Positions 51,098-63,022 of a DNA stretch of 64,000 bases are shown one piece after another. This DNA comes from an uncultured Spirochaetota bacterium. GTDB lineage: Bacteria; Spirochaetota; Spirochaetia; SZUA-6; Fen-1364. Where the stretch lies: NCBI GenBank assembly GCA_963745235.1, contig CAVUXE010000059.1, forward strand, positions 1 through 64,000, in the 5' to 3' direction. Both the position numbers and the translations under genes were made by a program. How positions within the stretch are numbered: position 1 is the stretch's first letter; each line of letters opens with the position of its first letter. The notes under the pieces were generated by a model. The model did no database searches. It was given only the letters and a program-made list of their open reading frames with translations, and was not told the DNA's origin.

Positions 51098-52682
51098 TCA
51101 CGCCTCGATGCCGACAAGGAGAGAGAACCTTTCCCGCCTTCCGCTCAGGACAGCGCCGGGCAGGGGGCACCATCCACCGAACGGGTTGACTTCCAGGAAT
51201 CGCTTGCGGCCTTCACGCACCACGCGGAAGCTCGCCAGGTTCCAGCCGGTGCGTGCCCAATGGTCCGGGGCGAAGAAGAAGCGCGCCACCGCCGGCCAGA
51301 TTCACGCGATGGAGGGCCGCCGGCATCAGAGCCCACGCGCCCTCTCCAGCCTGCCGGGAGGAGATGCTGCCGTCCGGTGCTTCCGTCTCTATGACGGCCT
51401 GCTCCGCCCGGCCCATCTCCCTGAGCGTGATGACAAGCGGGGCGTGCTCGTCAATGAGCATCCCGGGCGGGATAACCGGCCACCGCACATCCGCGGTTAT
51501 CTCCAGCAGAGGGCAGTCGTCGCAGAAGGAATATTCGATGCTCAGCGAGGCTCCCTCCTGCGAGTCGATGGCGAGCACCTCCCGAAGGCCGGTCCCGTCA
51601 TCCCCTTCGAAGGAGAACGAGTTCCTGGTGTGGAAGTGCCAGATCTTCCCCCCGACGCGAAGGTACGAACGGGCCGGACGCGTCGGAAGGTAGTCACGCC
51701 CGGCTTTCGCGATGCCCGTGAACCTGCCGCCCGTCAGCTTCACGTCGAAATCGTTCCCCGCCAGCGCCACATCGCCAAGCATCTGCGCAACCAGCCGTGA
51801 ACCGCCACGCAGGGCATCCGGACGGGAGTCCTCCCGGGCGTCGCGCACTTTTGCCATGGACAACCCCGCGAGGATCTCGCGGTACTCCTCGTTTTTTTTC
51901 CTCTTTTTTCGAGCGCCACCCGGCGTGCCCGCCAGCGCCTGCCTCAGGAGAGGGGCCGGGAATGCAGACCAGTCCGGCGCGTCGGCCGCCAGGGCGCGGA
52001 GGTCGTCAACGAGAGGGTGGGCGGCAGAAAGGGGAGAGGGCGCGCCTTCCGGAGCGAGCCACGGGGTGACGCGCTCCAACTCCTTGCGGAGCGCTTCTAT
52101 CCCGGCCGAGGACAGGTCCAGCATGAGAAGGGCATCGCCGGCCCGTGATTGAAAGGCCCGGACGGGCATGGAGGGCTGATCAAGCGATACGCGGGACCAG
52201 GTGAAGCACGTCAGGCCGCCCTGCGAGCCCCAGGCAATGTTTTTGCGCGTGCTGGGAACGCCGAGGGTTTTGAAACCGTGCCCGCCGTACGCCGTGAGGG
52301 CATCCGCCCGCGCCAGGTCAGGAACTCGGGGCATCAGGATCTCCGGGTGAATACCGAGGAGCTGGGAAATCCCGGTGCCCCAGGGATTCTCCACCCCCCA
52401 GGAAAGCTCCTTTTCGAGCTCATCCATCGAAAGGATGGGATGGCACGCCCCCGCGAAACCCATGGTCGCGACGATGTCCAGGCCACGCCGCCCGCCGACG
52501 GTATTCTCGAGCCATGTGCGGTTGCGCTTCGGGCTGTCAGGGGGAAGGGCAGGGAAGTTCCACACGAGGGGTCTCTTCCCGACCATGCCGATGATGAGAT
52601 CGCAGAGCGGTGGCAGGGTATCCCACGAGCCGAAGTCCCATTGGACGCCCAGGAAAGCCCGTCGCCCACCCCGTTTCGCCAT
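51098..52682 (-). CDS. Hypothetical protein (frameshift near 51260)
   Basis: ATG at 52682 with an AGGAGG RBS; long ORF whose C-terminus continues in another frame up to the HAD gene. Confidence 0.6.
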
Positions 52683-52700
52683 TGCCTCCTTTTTATCAGA

Positions 52701-52775
52701 CGTAGACAGGGATGTCGAGGGCGGACGAGGCCATGGACGGCCGAAAGTCCGCTCGTAGACAGGGATGTCGAGGGC
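52701..52775 (+). repeat. 22-bp direct repeat flanking a hairpin; three GGA-loop stems
   Basis: CGTAGACAGGGATGTCGAGGGC at 52701 and 52754; between them GCGGAC-GA-GGCC-ATGGAC-GGCC-GAAA-GTCCGC. Confidence 0.85.
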
Positions 52776-52801
52776 TGTTGCAAAATTCTCGAAAAAAGCC
52801 C

Positions 52802-52830
52802 TTGATGATCTTTGCATGTTTTTGTATCTT
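52802..52830 (+). promoter_or_regulatory. Putative groEL promoter
   Basis: TTGATG-N17-TATCTT in AT-rich DNA. Confidence 0.55.
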
Positions 52831-52869
52831 AGCCAAAAGCGCAAACACGCTCAAACAATTCGCGCGTGA

Positions 52870-54555
<1,686 letters not shown>

Positions 54556-54624
54556 GAGAACTGAAGAAATCAAGGGCCGCCGCAGCCGGGGATGGCGAAG
54601 GCGGCCGATTGCACGGATGTACAG

Positions 54625-54660
54625 AAGGCCGCTCCCAGCCAATGAGGAGCGGCCTTTTTT
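54625..54660 (+). terminator. groEL terminator
   Basis: AAGGCCGCTC / GAGCGGCCTT stem running into a T6 tract. Confidence 0.85.
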
Positions 54661-54706
54661 GTCTTCCCGCCTTGCACAAGGGTGGCCCTTCTGTCAGGAT
54701 TGCACC

Positions 54707-55000
54707 ATGCGCAGGGAGGATTACGTTTTCTGCATCGGCTACGAAGGGAGCACGGCAATCGTGGACGGCAAGCTCATGCGCAGGCACAGCTCGGACACCA
54801 GCCGCCAGCTGGCTGAGGCGGGGCTGTTCAAACAGGCCATCTGCTCCGCCCTCTGGAACAACAGGACGGAAGAGCTGGAGGAAGTGCTCGCCATCTACAA
54901 TGAGAAGACCACGACTACGGCGCGCTCGGTGGAAGAGCTCACGAGGATCTTCGGAACCTCCGGCGTGCCCGAGGGGGTAAAGAAAGTCACGGTGGTCTGA
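54707..55000 (+). CDS. Small hypothetical protein
   Basis: 97-aa ORF starting MRREDYVFCIGY after TTGCAC-N17-CAGGAT. Confidence 0.7.
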   Translation: MRREDYVFCIGYEGSTAIVDGKLMRRHSSDTSRQLAEAGLFKQAICSALWNNRTEELEEVLAIYNEKTTTTARSVEELTRIFGTSGVPEGVKKVTVV

Positions 55001-55011
55001 GGGCGGGAGGA

Positions 55012-55692
55012 GTGGAAACTACCGGCCCTGTGGAGGCGCTGACCCGTGAGGAGCTCATGCAGCGCCTGCGGATTACACCGCAGGAGCTCCAGGAGTGGAC
55101 CGACAACGAGCTGATGCTTCCGCTTGAAAACGGGCAAAACCTCTATCCCCCTTCGGCAATCGAAGAGGGGGAGCTCATCAAGAAGTTCTCTTCCCTCGGG
55201 TACGCCCTTCGCGAGATACAGAAAATCAAGCGGAGCGTGGGGCTGCCGGTCAAGGACGAAAAAGGGCAGTACGTCTCCCGAAGTGAGTTCCTCACCATCG
55301 GAGAGCTCGCCGAGAAGTGCGCGGTCAATGTGCGGACCATCAAGTTCTGGGAAGAGAAGGGGCTCATTTCTCCCCACAGGCGCACGGAAGGGGGCTTTCG
55401 GCTGTACCGGCCTTCTGAGGTCGTTCGCCTCTCCTTCATCAAGGACCTGCAAGCCGTCAACTACACTCTTGCGGAGATCGGCAACATCTTGAAGCTGGCC
55501 GGTCCCGATCTCGGGGCGACAGACGCAGATCTGGAAGGTCTTCCCGCCACGGAAATCGACAAGATGCAGGGTGGGCTGGAGTTCCTTATCGGGCGCATGC
55601 GCGAGGTCCGCGACGCGTCCTCCCGGGTGGAGTCGGTGTTTGCCAGGCGCCTCAAGGCAGTCTCGCGGGCAGCTCGAATGCGCAAGCGATAA
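55012..55692 (+). CDS. MerR-family regulator with two HTH modules
   Basis: Second module LTIGELA...VNVRTIKFWEEKGLI.P.RRTEGGFRLY; first, more degenerate module ends in GYALREI. Confidence 0.88.
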   Translation: METTGPVEALTREELMQRLRITPQELQEWTDNELMLPLENGQNLYPPSAIEEGELIKKFSSLGYALREIQKIKRSVGLPVKDEKGQYVSRSEFLTIGELAEKCAVNVRTIKFWEEKGLISPHRRTEGGFRLYRPSEVVRLSFIKDLQAVNYTLAEIGNILKLAGPDLGATDADLEGLPATEIDKMQGGLEFLIGRMREVRDASSRVESVFARRLKAVSRAARMRKR

Positions 55693-55754
55693 AGTGCCAT
55701 GCCCTCGCCGTACGGGAGTACCCGTTCGGCGAGCTCGCCGTCCATGGCGGCATG

Positions 55755-55784
55755 TTGACGCTCGCTCCGGCTTCATGGTATGTT
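55755..55784 (+). promoter_or_regulatory. Promoter of yajC-secDF
   Basis: TTGACG-N18-TATGTT with an extended TG; same hexamers as the trp promoter. Confidence 0.65.
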
Positions 55785-55819
55785 TGCGCGGTTATTCATC
55801 TTCACTTTAAGGAAAGCAT

Positions 55820-56185
55820 ATGACAGGCATAATGAATCTTCTTCCCCTCCTTCTAGGGGCGCCAGAAGGTGCCTCAGGCTCTAGCGGAGGTGGCGGAACG
55901 CAGCTTATCACGATGCTGGTTACTTTCGGGTTGATCATCGTCGTGTTCTACTTCCTCGTCATCCGTCCTCAGAACCGCAAGCAGAAAGACGCAAAGAAGA
56001 TGCTGGAAAGCATCCGCAGGAACGACCGCGTGGTCACCATTGGCGGCATGCACGGCGTGGTGGAATCAGTCAAGGACGACGCAGTCGTCCTCAAGGTAGA
56101 TGACAACGTCAAGCTGAAGTTCAACAAGAGCGCAATCTCGACAGTCCTCGAGCGCCGCGACGATTCGGGAGACACCAAGGAGTAG
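55820..56185 (+). CDS. yajC: Preprotein translocase subunit YajC
   Basis: FYFLVIRPQ, VVTIGGMHG. Confidence 0.96.
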   Translation: MTGIMNLLPLLLGAPEGASGSSGGGGTQLITMLVTFGLIIVVFYFLVIRPQNRKQKDAKKMLESIRRNDRVVTIGGMHGVVESVKDDAVVLKVDDNVKLKFNKSAISTVLERRDDSGDTKE

Positions 56186-56193
56186 GACATCTC

Positions 56194-57924
56194 ATGAAGA
56201 AGCGGTACCGGTTTCTCATTATCCTCGTGGTGCTCGCGGTAGGATTCTATTTTCTCTGGCCCACCGTCAAATGGTATTTCCTCACACCGCAGGCGGACAA
56301 GGATGTGGCGGAGAGCTCCCGCAACCAGATCAAGGTCTACGCGCAGCAGAGAGCTGATGATGCAATCCAGAGGCTCCTCAGCCTCGGAGAGCAGACCGCG
56401 CTGCCGACCGAGTTTTCTTTCCTCGAGAAGAAGGCCGTCGTGCGATATCGCACCGCCAAGAAGACCCCTCCCTCGACGTGGACCATCCGGGATGTGCTTG
56501 CCGCGTACACGAGCCGCGGAGATCTCGCGGCTGACATCGAGGACTGGTACCGCTCCCAGATGTTTGCCCTGAAGGACCTCGAGAGCCAGACCATGCAGCT
56601 CGGTCTCGACCTTCGCGGCGGTATGTATGTCACGGTGCGCGCGGATTTCGCCGCGCTGCAGGCAGCAACGGGCGCGAATCTCACCGACGCGCAGAAAGAT
56701 GACAAGATGAAGACGACACTGGAGGTCTTGACGAACAAGATCGACCAGTTCGGCCTTACCAACCCCTCCATCCGGCGCCAGGGCTCCGACCAGATCATCA
56801 TCGAGATCCCGGGCACGTCGGATCCCGAGGTGGTACGACGTTTCATCATGGGCAAGGGACTCCTGACTTTCCATATCGCTGACACCGAAACCCTGCAGAA
56901 GCTCCGCGAATACGAGGCCACTCACAACAACGTGCTCCTGGACGCGGCAGGAAACGTGCAGGATACCGGCGCGCTCTCCGTCATTCCCAAGGGGGATGTC
57001 ATCCGGGGCGTTTTCCAGAAAGATTCCTACGGGCTGGACGAGCTGAAGGGCTACACCGTCCTGCACGAGGAGGTGGGGCTGAACGGCACCGAGATCAAGG
57101 ACGCCCAGGTGGGGCGTGACCCGCTGACCGGGGAGCCCACGGTCAACTTTGTCCTCACCGGCCAGGGCGGAGAGACTTTCTACAAGCTCACGAGCGCCAA
57201 CGTCGGGAAGGTCCTGGCCGTGGCCCTGGACAACAAGGTCAAGGCGCAGGCCACCATCCAGGAGCCAATCCGCGACCAGGTCCGCGTTTCCGGCTTCAAC
57301 TACCAGGAGGCATCGGATCTTGCCCTTGTGCTCAGGACGGGCTCCCTGCCTGTGCCCCTGGAGATCACCAGCCAGCAGGCAATCGGCGCGTCATTGGGGC
57401 AGGACGCAATCAGCCAGGGTATCCGCGCCAGTGTCATCGGCATCGGCCTTGTCATGCTCTTCATGCTCACGTACTACCGCAGGGCCGGCTTGAATGCAGT
57501 CATATCGCAGCTCCTCCACCTGTTCATCAACGTTGCCATCCTGTCGGTGTTCAATTTCACGCTTTCGCTGGCGGCAATCGCCGGGCTCGTCCTGACCATC
57601 GGCATGGCCGTTGACGCGAACGTGCTGATCTTCGAAAGGATGAAGGAAGAGTCCCGCCTGGGCAAATCCACAAATGCCATTATCAGCCACGGTTTCTCCC
57701 GGGCATTCACCGCAATTCTCGACTCCAACGTGACAACGATCATTGCCGCCCTCGTGCTGACGCAGCTCGCCAAGGGCAGCATCCAGGGCTTCGCGGTGAC
57801 TCTGCTGATCGGAAACCTCGCCACCCTGTTCGCGGCGGTCTTCGTGTCGCGGCTGATCTTCGACTTCGAAGTTGATGTCCTGCGGACAAGGAGAATCCTT
57901 CTTACGTGGAGAAGAGTCGCATGA
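56194..57924 (+). CDS. secD: Protein translocase subunit SecD
   Basis: LGLDLRGG, LRTGSLP, IGMAVDANVLIFER, AILDSNVTT. Confidence 0.97.
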   Translation: MKKRYRFLIILVVLAVGFYFLWPTVKWYFLTPQADKDVAESSRNQIKVYAQQRADDAIQRLLSLGEQTALPTEFSFLEKKAVVRYRTAKKTPPSTWTIRDVLAAYTSRGDLAADIEDWYRSQMFALKDLESQTMQLGLDLRGGMYVTVRADFAALQAATGANLTDAQKDDKMKTTLEVLTNKIDQFGLTNPSIRRQGSDQIIIEIPGTSDPEVVRRFIMGKGLLTFHIADTETLQKLREYEATHNNVLLDAAGNVQDTGALSVIPKGDVIRGVFQKDSYGLDELKGYTVLHEEVGLNGTEIKDAQVGRDPLTGEPTVNFVLTGQGGETFYKLTSANVGKVLAVALDNKVKAQATIQEPIRDQVRVSGFNYQEASDLALVLRTGSLPVPLEITSQQAIGASLGQDAISQGIRASVIGIGLVMLFMLTYYRRAGLNAVISQLLHLFINVAILSVFNFTLSLAAIAGLVLTIGMAVDANVLIFERMKEESRLGKSTNAIISHGFSRAFTAILDSNVTTIIAALVLTQLAKGSIQGFAVTLLIGNLATLFAAVFVSRLIFDFEVDVLRTRRILLTWRRVA

Positions 57925-59483
57925 AGAGAGTCATCCAGTTTTCGAAAGCGCGTTACCTCTTCTTCGGATTCTCCTCGATCCTGATCATCATTGGCATCGT
58001 GGGATTCATCATCAACCACGGGTTCAACCTCGGGGTCGACTTCGAGGCGGGTATCGCGTTCCAGTACCGCGTGGCCCCCGCGAGCTTCTCCATGCAGTAC
58101 CAGGGGCCTGACAAGGCCATTGTTTCCATCCCTGCCGGCGAAAGGGCCCTCACCTCGGCGGGGAACCTCATCATCTCGATCACCAGCTCGAAGGACGGGT
58201 CCACAAAGGACTATCCGTTCCGCTACACGGACTACAAGACGGTCCAGGACCTGGTCGACGCCATCACGAAGGTTCCCGGAATGACGGTCCAGCCCAAGGG
58301 GGACATGACCGCGCTCCCCACGCAGCTGCTTGCGCTTCCGCGGCCGGCCGATATCACCGGCACGTCTTTCTCCATCAACATAGCGCCGGGACCCGGCAGG
58401 GGCGTTCAGACATCCATTGCAGAGATGCGGACCGTGCTGGCCCCCCTCGGACAGTTCGAGTTGCAGGCGGTCGGCGCGCCGGCCAACCAGGGGTTCATGG
58501 CACGTCTGCCCGCAAAAGCGCAGGACCCATCGTTCCAGGCAACCGCGCAGCGGGAGGTCATGAGTCTTCTTGACGCGAAGTACGGCGCGGACCAGGTCAT
58601 CCTGGAGAGCTCGGACTTCGTCGGGCCCCAGGTAGCTCAGAACCTTGCCACGCAGACGATCTGGCTCGTCATCATTGCCGTCGGCCTGATCCTGGTCTAC
58701 ATGATGTTCAGGTTCCGGCCCGCCATCTATGCAATCGCTGCCGTGCTGGGGATCCTTCATGACGCCATAGTCATGCTGGGCTTCGACGCGGTGTTCCGCG
58801 TGGAGATTGATGCCGGCACCATTGCCGCCGTCCTGACCATCCTCGGTTACTCCATCAACGACACGATCGTCAACTTCGACCGGGCCCGGGAGAACAACAG
58901 CCTGATGCGCGGGTCGCCGCTGCGCACCATCCTCGACACCAGCGTCACCCAGACGTTGAGCAGGACATTCATTACATCGGGGGCGACACTGTTGACGGTG
59001 ATCGCCCTGTTCATCCTGACCAGCGGCTCGATCAAGAACTTCGCTCTCAACATGATCGTCGGTATCGTGGAGGGGACCTACTCCACGTTCATCTCCGCTT
59101 TCATGGTCATCGAGTGGTCCAGATGGCGGGACCAGCGCTCAAAGAAGCGCGACATGGAGAAGTACGGGATTGCGGCCCCACAGCCGAAGCTCGTCCCTGC
59201 GCCGGTCGGAGCACCCCTGGCCGAAGTGGAAGAGGAAGCAGAGGTCGACACAGAAGAGGAAGCCGAGGAGCCCGGCGCGGAGCCGGTGTCAGAGCCTGTC
59301 GGCGCTTCCCAGCCCGTGTCGCAAGCTCCGGGGAACGCGGCGGCCCAGGCATCTTCACAGGGCCAGCCGGCAGCCACCGTGACGCAGCCTCACCCTGATG
59401 CGGCGCGCCCCGCGCCCGCCCCGTCTTTGTTCGGGCATTCGGGGTCCCGCAAGAACAAGAAGCACAAGAGGCGGCATCACTAG
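57921..59483 (+). CDS. secF: Protein translocase subunit SecF with a long low-complexity C-terminal tail
   Basis: GVDF..G, VGP, HD, GYSINDTIV.FDR.RE, TLSRT..TS, GTYS. Confidence 0.95.
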   Translation: MKRVIQFSKARYLFFGFSSILIIIGIVGFIINHGFNLGVDFEAGIAFQYRVAPASFSMQYQGPDKAIVSIPAGERALTSAGNLIISITSSKDGSTKDYPFRYTDYKTVQDLVDAITKVPGMTVQPKGDMTALPTQLLALPRPADITGTSFSINIAPGPGRGVQTSIAEMRTVLAPLGQFELQAVGAPANQGFMARLPAKAQDPSFQATAQREVMSLLDAKYGADQVILESSDFVGPQVAQNLATQTIWLVIIAVGLILVYMMFRFRPAIYAIAAVLGILHDAIVMLGFDAVFRVEIDAGTIAAVLTILGYSINDTIVNFDRARENNSLMRGSPLRTILDTSVTQTLSRTFITSGATLLTVIALFILTSGSIKNFALNMIVGIVEGTYSTFISAFMVIEWSRWRDQRSKKRDMEKYGIAAPQPKLVPAPVGAPLAEVEEEAEVDTEEEAEEPGAEPVSEPVGASQPVSQAPGNAAAQASSQGQPAATVTQPHPDAARPAPAPSLFGHSGSRKNKKHKRRHH

Positions 59484-59489
59484 GCGGCC

Positions 59490-60149
59490 ATGAAGCTCCT
59501 CTGCCTGTCAGATATTCACGGGGAGCAGGCGGGCCTGAGGGATATCCTGCCCGGCGCGGCAGATGGCGCGGATGCGGTTGTGTTGGGAGGAGATCTCACG
59601 CATCTCGGCGGCTACGCGGAAGCGGAGGCTCTCCTGGCTCCGCTTCTTTCCATTGGCCTCCCCGTCCTCGCAGTCGGCGGGAACATGGACAAGGAAGGCG
59701 TGCGCCGCTACATTGCGGAGAAGCAGATCGACATTCATGGCCGGGGTGTCATGATGGGCCGCGTCGGGTTCATGGGGCTCGGCGGAGGGACTCCGTCTCC
59801 GTTCCATTCCCCGTGGGAGCTGAAGGACGCGGAAGCGCGCCCGTTGCTGGCTGACGGGCTCGCTCAAATCGCCGGGGCGGAGTTCAAGGTGCTCGTCTCT
59901 CATGCCCCGCCGCGAGGGACGAAGGTTGACCGCAGCTTCGCCGGCCTGCACGTCGGCTCCGAGCCTGTCAGGGAGCTCATTCTCAGCGGCGCGGTTGACC
60001 TGTGCATCTGCGGTCACATTCACGAGGCCGCGGGGGAAGATATTCTCGGGGATACACCCTGCGTGAACCTCGGGCCGTTCAAGAACGGCAGCTATGCCCT
60101 CCTCGTCATCGAGGGGGATCGAACCGAAGTGTTCTGGAGGAAGAGATGA
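59490..60149 (+). CDS. Metallophosphoesterase
   Basis: SDIHG, GGDLT, GNMD, SHAPP, CGHIHE. Confidence 0.92.
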   Translation: MKLLCLSDIHGEQAGLRDILPGAADGADAVVLGGDLTHLGGYAEAEALLAPLLSIGLPVLAVGGNMDKEGVRRYIAEKQIDIHGRGVMMGRVGFMGLGGGTPSPFHSPWELKDAEARPLLADGLAQIAGAEFKVLVSHAPPRGTKVDRSFAGLHVGSEPVRELILSGAVDLCICGHIHEAAGEDILGDTPCVNLGPFKNGSYALLVIEGDRTEVFWRKR

Positions 60150-62125
60150 ATCTCACCGCGTTGTCCGCCGTCGCCAACTCCGTGCGCTCGCTCACCATAG
60201 ACGCAGTAGAGAATGCGAACTCTGGTCATCCCGGGCTGCCCATGGGGTGCGCCGAGCTCGGCGCCCTCATCTACGGGGAGCTCCTTTCCCACTGGCCGCA
60301 GGACCCGCGGTGGATCAACAGGGACAGGTTCGTCCTTTCCGCCGGGCACGGATGCATGCTGCTGTACTCCCTTCTCCATCTTTCGGGGTACGACCTTTCC
60401 CTGGATGACATCCGCGGCTTTCGACACCTCGGGTCCCGCACGCCGGGGCACCCTGAGTGGGGTGTGACGCCCGGGGTGGAGGCAACAGCGGGACCACTGG
60501 GACAGGGGCTGTCCAACGCGGTGGGAATGGCCATTGCGGAACGGATCCTCGCGGCGACGTTCAACACCCCCGCGCGGACGGTCATCGACCACTACACCTA
60601 CGTGCTCGCGAGCGACGGCGACATGATGGAAGGGGTCGCCTCGGAAGCGGCCTCCATTGCGGGTCACCTGAAGGTGGCCAAGCTGATCGTGTTCTACGAC
60701 TCGAACCAGATCACAATCGAAGGCTCGACGAGCCTTGCCTTCTCCGAAGACGTGCTCAAGCGATACGAGGGGTACGGCTGGCGGACGTTGGAAGGCAGCA
60801 TGTACGACATGCCCGCCATCGCGCAGATGGTGGAGCAGGCCAAAAAAGCCGGCGAAAGACCCACCATCATCCGCCTGCAGTCCATCATCGGAAAAGGCGC
60901 CCCGAAGAAGCAGGGCACGGCAAAAGCGCACGGCGAGGCCCTGGGGCCCGAGGAGGCGGCCGCGGCCAAGAAGGCAATCGGCGTGCCGGATGGGTGCCAG
61001 TTCTATGTCTTCCCCGAGGCGCAGGCATACTTCAAGGCCCGGCAACCGGCGTGGAAGTCCCGCTACGAGGAATGGAAAAAGACCCTGGAGGCCTGGAAGA
61101 CGGAGAACCCGGACAAGGCGAAGGAATGGGCAAAATACTTCGAGGACGGCAAAGGCGACCTGAGCGCCTTGACCCTTCCTTCCTTCAAGGTGGGGGACTC
61201 ACTTGCCACACGCGCGGCAAGCGGCCAGGTGCTGAACGCTCTCGCAAAGGCGATCCCGAACCTCATCGGCGGCGCGGCTGACCTTGCGCCGTCGACCAGC
61301 ACGAACCTGAAAGACATGGGGGATTTCAACGCCTCCAACCCCGTGGGCCGCAACTTCCACTTCGGCATCCGGGAGCACGGGATGGGCGGGATCATGAACG
61401 GGATCGCCTACCACGGCGGCCTGCGGCCCTTCTGCGCGACCTTCCTTGTATTCTCGGACTACATGCGGCCCTCGATCCGCCTGGCGGCAATTGCCAGGCT
61501 GCCGGTGATCTACGTGTTCACGCATGACTCGGTCTTTGTGGGTGAGGACGGCCCCACGCATGAGCCGGTGGAGCACCTCGCGGCGCTGCGGGCCATTCCC
61601 AACCTGTTTGTTCTGCGGCCTGGTGATGCCGAGGAAACGGAGCTTGCGTGGCGCATCGCCTACGAGAGGCATGACGGACCCACGGTGCTCGCGCTGACCC
61701 GGCAGGGAATTGCGGTCTACCCGAAAGCCGACTCCGCGTGGCGCACCACCATCCGCAGGGGCGCATACATCGCGAAGGACTGCGACGGCGTTCCCGATGT
61801 CGTCGTGATAGCAACGGGGTCCGAAGTGTCAGTTGCCATCAAGGCTGCCGCTGAGCTCACCGACAGAAAGGTGCGCGTCGTCTCCATGCTGTCTCGGGAG
61901 CTTTTCCTCAAGCAGCCCGCGGACTTCCGCCTGTCCCTGGTGCCGCCAGCTGCGCGCAAAGTGACTTTCGAGGCGGGTGTGTCCTTCGGCTGGAAAGGAC
62001 CGTTCGACGACTCGGTGGTCCCTGTTTCCATCGACAGGTTCGGCGAATCGGGCCCGTACCAGAAGATTGCCGAGCACCTCGGGATCACTGCGGCGGCCCT
62101 GGCAAAGAGGATCCGAGAGCTGTAA
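60146..62125 (+). CDS. tkt: Transketolase
   Basis: [45 protein letters not shown]. Confidence 0.98.
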   Translation: MNLTALSAVANSVRSLTIDAVENANSGHPGLPMGCAELGALIYGELLSHWPQDPRWINRDRFVLSAGHGCMLLYSLLHLSGYDLSLDDIRGFRHLGSRTPGHPEWGVTPGVEATAGPLGQGLSNAVGMAIAERILAATFNTPARTVIDHYTYVLASDGDMMEGVASEAASIAGHLKVAKLIVFYDSNQITIEGSTSLAFSEDVLKRYEGYGWRTLEGSMYDMPAIAQMVEQAKKAGERPTIIRLQSIIGKGAPKKQGTAKAHGEALGPEEAAAAKKAIGVPDGCQFYVFPEAQAYFKARQPAWKSRYEEWKKTLEAWKTENPDKAKEWAKYFEDGKGDLSALTLPSFKVGDSLATRAASGQVLNALAKAIPNLIGGAADLAPSTSTNLKDMGDFNASNPVGRNFHFGIREHGMGGIMNGIAYHGGLRPFCATFLVFSDYMRPSIRLAAIARLPVIYVFTHDSVFVGEDGPTHEPVEHLAALRAIPNLFVLRPGDAEETELAWRIAYERHDGPTVLALTRQGIAVYPKADSAWRTTIRRGAYIAKDCDGVPDVVVIATGSEVSVAIKAAAELTDRKVRVVSMLSRELFLKQPADFRLSLVPPAARKVTFEAGVSFGWKGPFDDSVVPVSIDRFGESGPYQKIAEHLGITAAALAKRIREL

Positions 62126-62141
62126 GGGATCCGGCGCGGGC

Positions 62142-63005
62142 GTGATCGTTCACCTTGTCGACGGCACCTACGAGCTTTTCCGTTGTTTCTATGGGCTGAA
62201 GCGCTCCACGAAGGCTGATGACGGAATGGGCGCCGTCCGCCTGGTCCTGCGCAGCCTGCTGGAGATGGTGGAGAACGGGGCGACGCACCTCGGCGTCGCG
62301 ACGGACCACGTCATCGAGTCCTTTCGAAACCGTCTGTGGCCGGGGTACAAGACCGGTGAAGGCGTTGATCCCGCTCTCCTTGCCCAGTTTCACCCCCTTG
62401 AAGACGCCCTCATGGCATTCGGGTTCGTCGTGTGGCCCATGGTGGAGCTCGAGGCGGACGATGCGCTCGCCTCGGCGGCCGCCAGGGCGGGGGCCGTCCG
62501 CGAGGTGGAGAAAGTCAGCATCTGGACCCCGGACAAGGACCTTGCCCAGTGCGTGGTCGGCGACCGGATAGTGCAGGTGGACAGGCGCACCGGTCAGATC
62601 CGTAACGCCGAGGCGGTGCAGGAAAAGTTCGGTGTGCCTCCTCGCTCCATCCCTGACTACCTGGCGCTCGTGGGTGACAACGCGGACGGGTACCCGGGGA
62701 TCAGCGGCTGGGGGCCCAAGTCCGCTGCCGCAGTGCTCTCCCGGTATGGCAGCCTCACGGAGATCCCCATCCGGGACCCCGAGTGGCGCCCGAATGCCGC
62801 CAACGCGGGTCGGCTGGCGCTGAGCCTTCGCTCGAGCTGGGAGCAAGCCCTGCTGTTTCGCGAGCTTGCGACACTGAGGACGGACGCTCCCGTCTTCAAT
62901 TCCGTTGACGAGCTTCGATGGACGGGTCCCGGGCCCGAGGCGAAGGGGCTCGCGAAGCGCATCAATGGCGAATCCCTCCTGGAGCGCGCCATCGGACTTC
63001 CCTGA
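62142..63005 (+). CDS. Stand-alone 5'-3' exonuclease / flap endonuclease
   Basis: HLVDGT, FRN...YK, EADD, DKD, LVGD..DG.PG..G.GPK. Confidence 0.9.
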   Translation: MIVHLVDGTYELFRCFYGLKRSTKADDGMGAVRLVLRSLLEMVENGATHLGVATDHVIESFRNRLWPGYKTGEGVDPALLAQFHPLEDALMAFGFVVWPMVELEADDALASAAARAGAVREVEKVSIWTPDKDLAQCVVGDRIVQVDRRTGQIRNAEAVQEKFGVPPRSIPDYLALVGDNADGYPGISGWGPKSAAAVLSRYGSLTEIPIRDPEWRPNAANAGRLALSLRSSWEQALLFRELATLRTDAPVFNSVDELRWTGPGPEAKGLAKRINGESLLERAIGLP

Positions 63006-63022
63006 AGCAGTATCTTCTTCTC

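Noticed and set aside
3360-51300. Frameshifts in about 14 genes (trpA, trpGD, trpE, WD40 protein, barrel protein, GT4, antiporter, ClC, lpdA, pdhC, pdhA, trpB2, opcA, hypothetical) as pseudogenisation or programmed frameshifting
   Set aside because: They are single-base shifts in unrelated core genes with intact motifs and regulation. I saw no nonsense codons or shared slippery motif. This is typical of unpolished long-read indels; read polishing would settle it.
52701-52775. Mini CRISPR array
   Set aside because: Only two 22-bp repeats; the spacer is itself a palindromic element related to other local hairpins; no cas genes.
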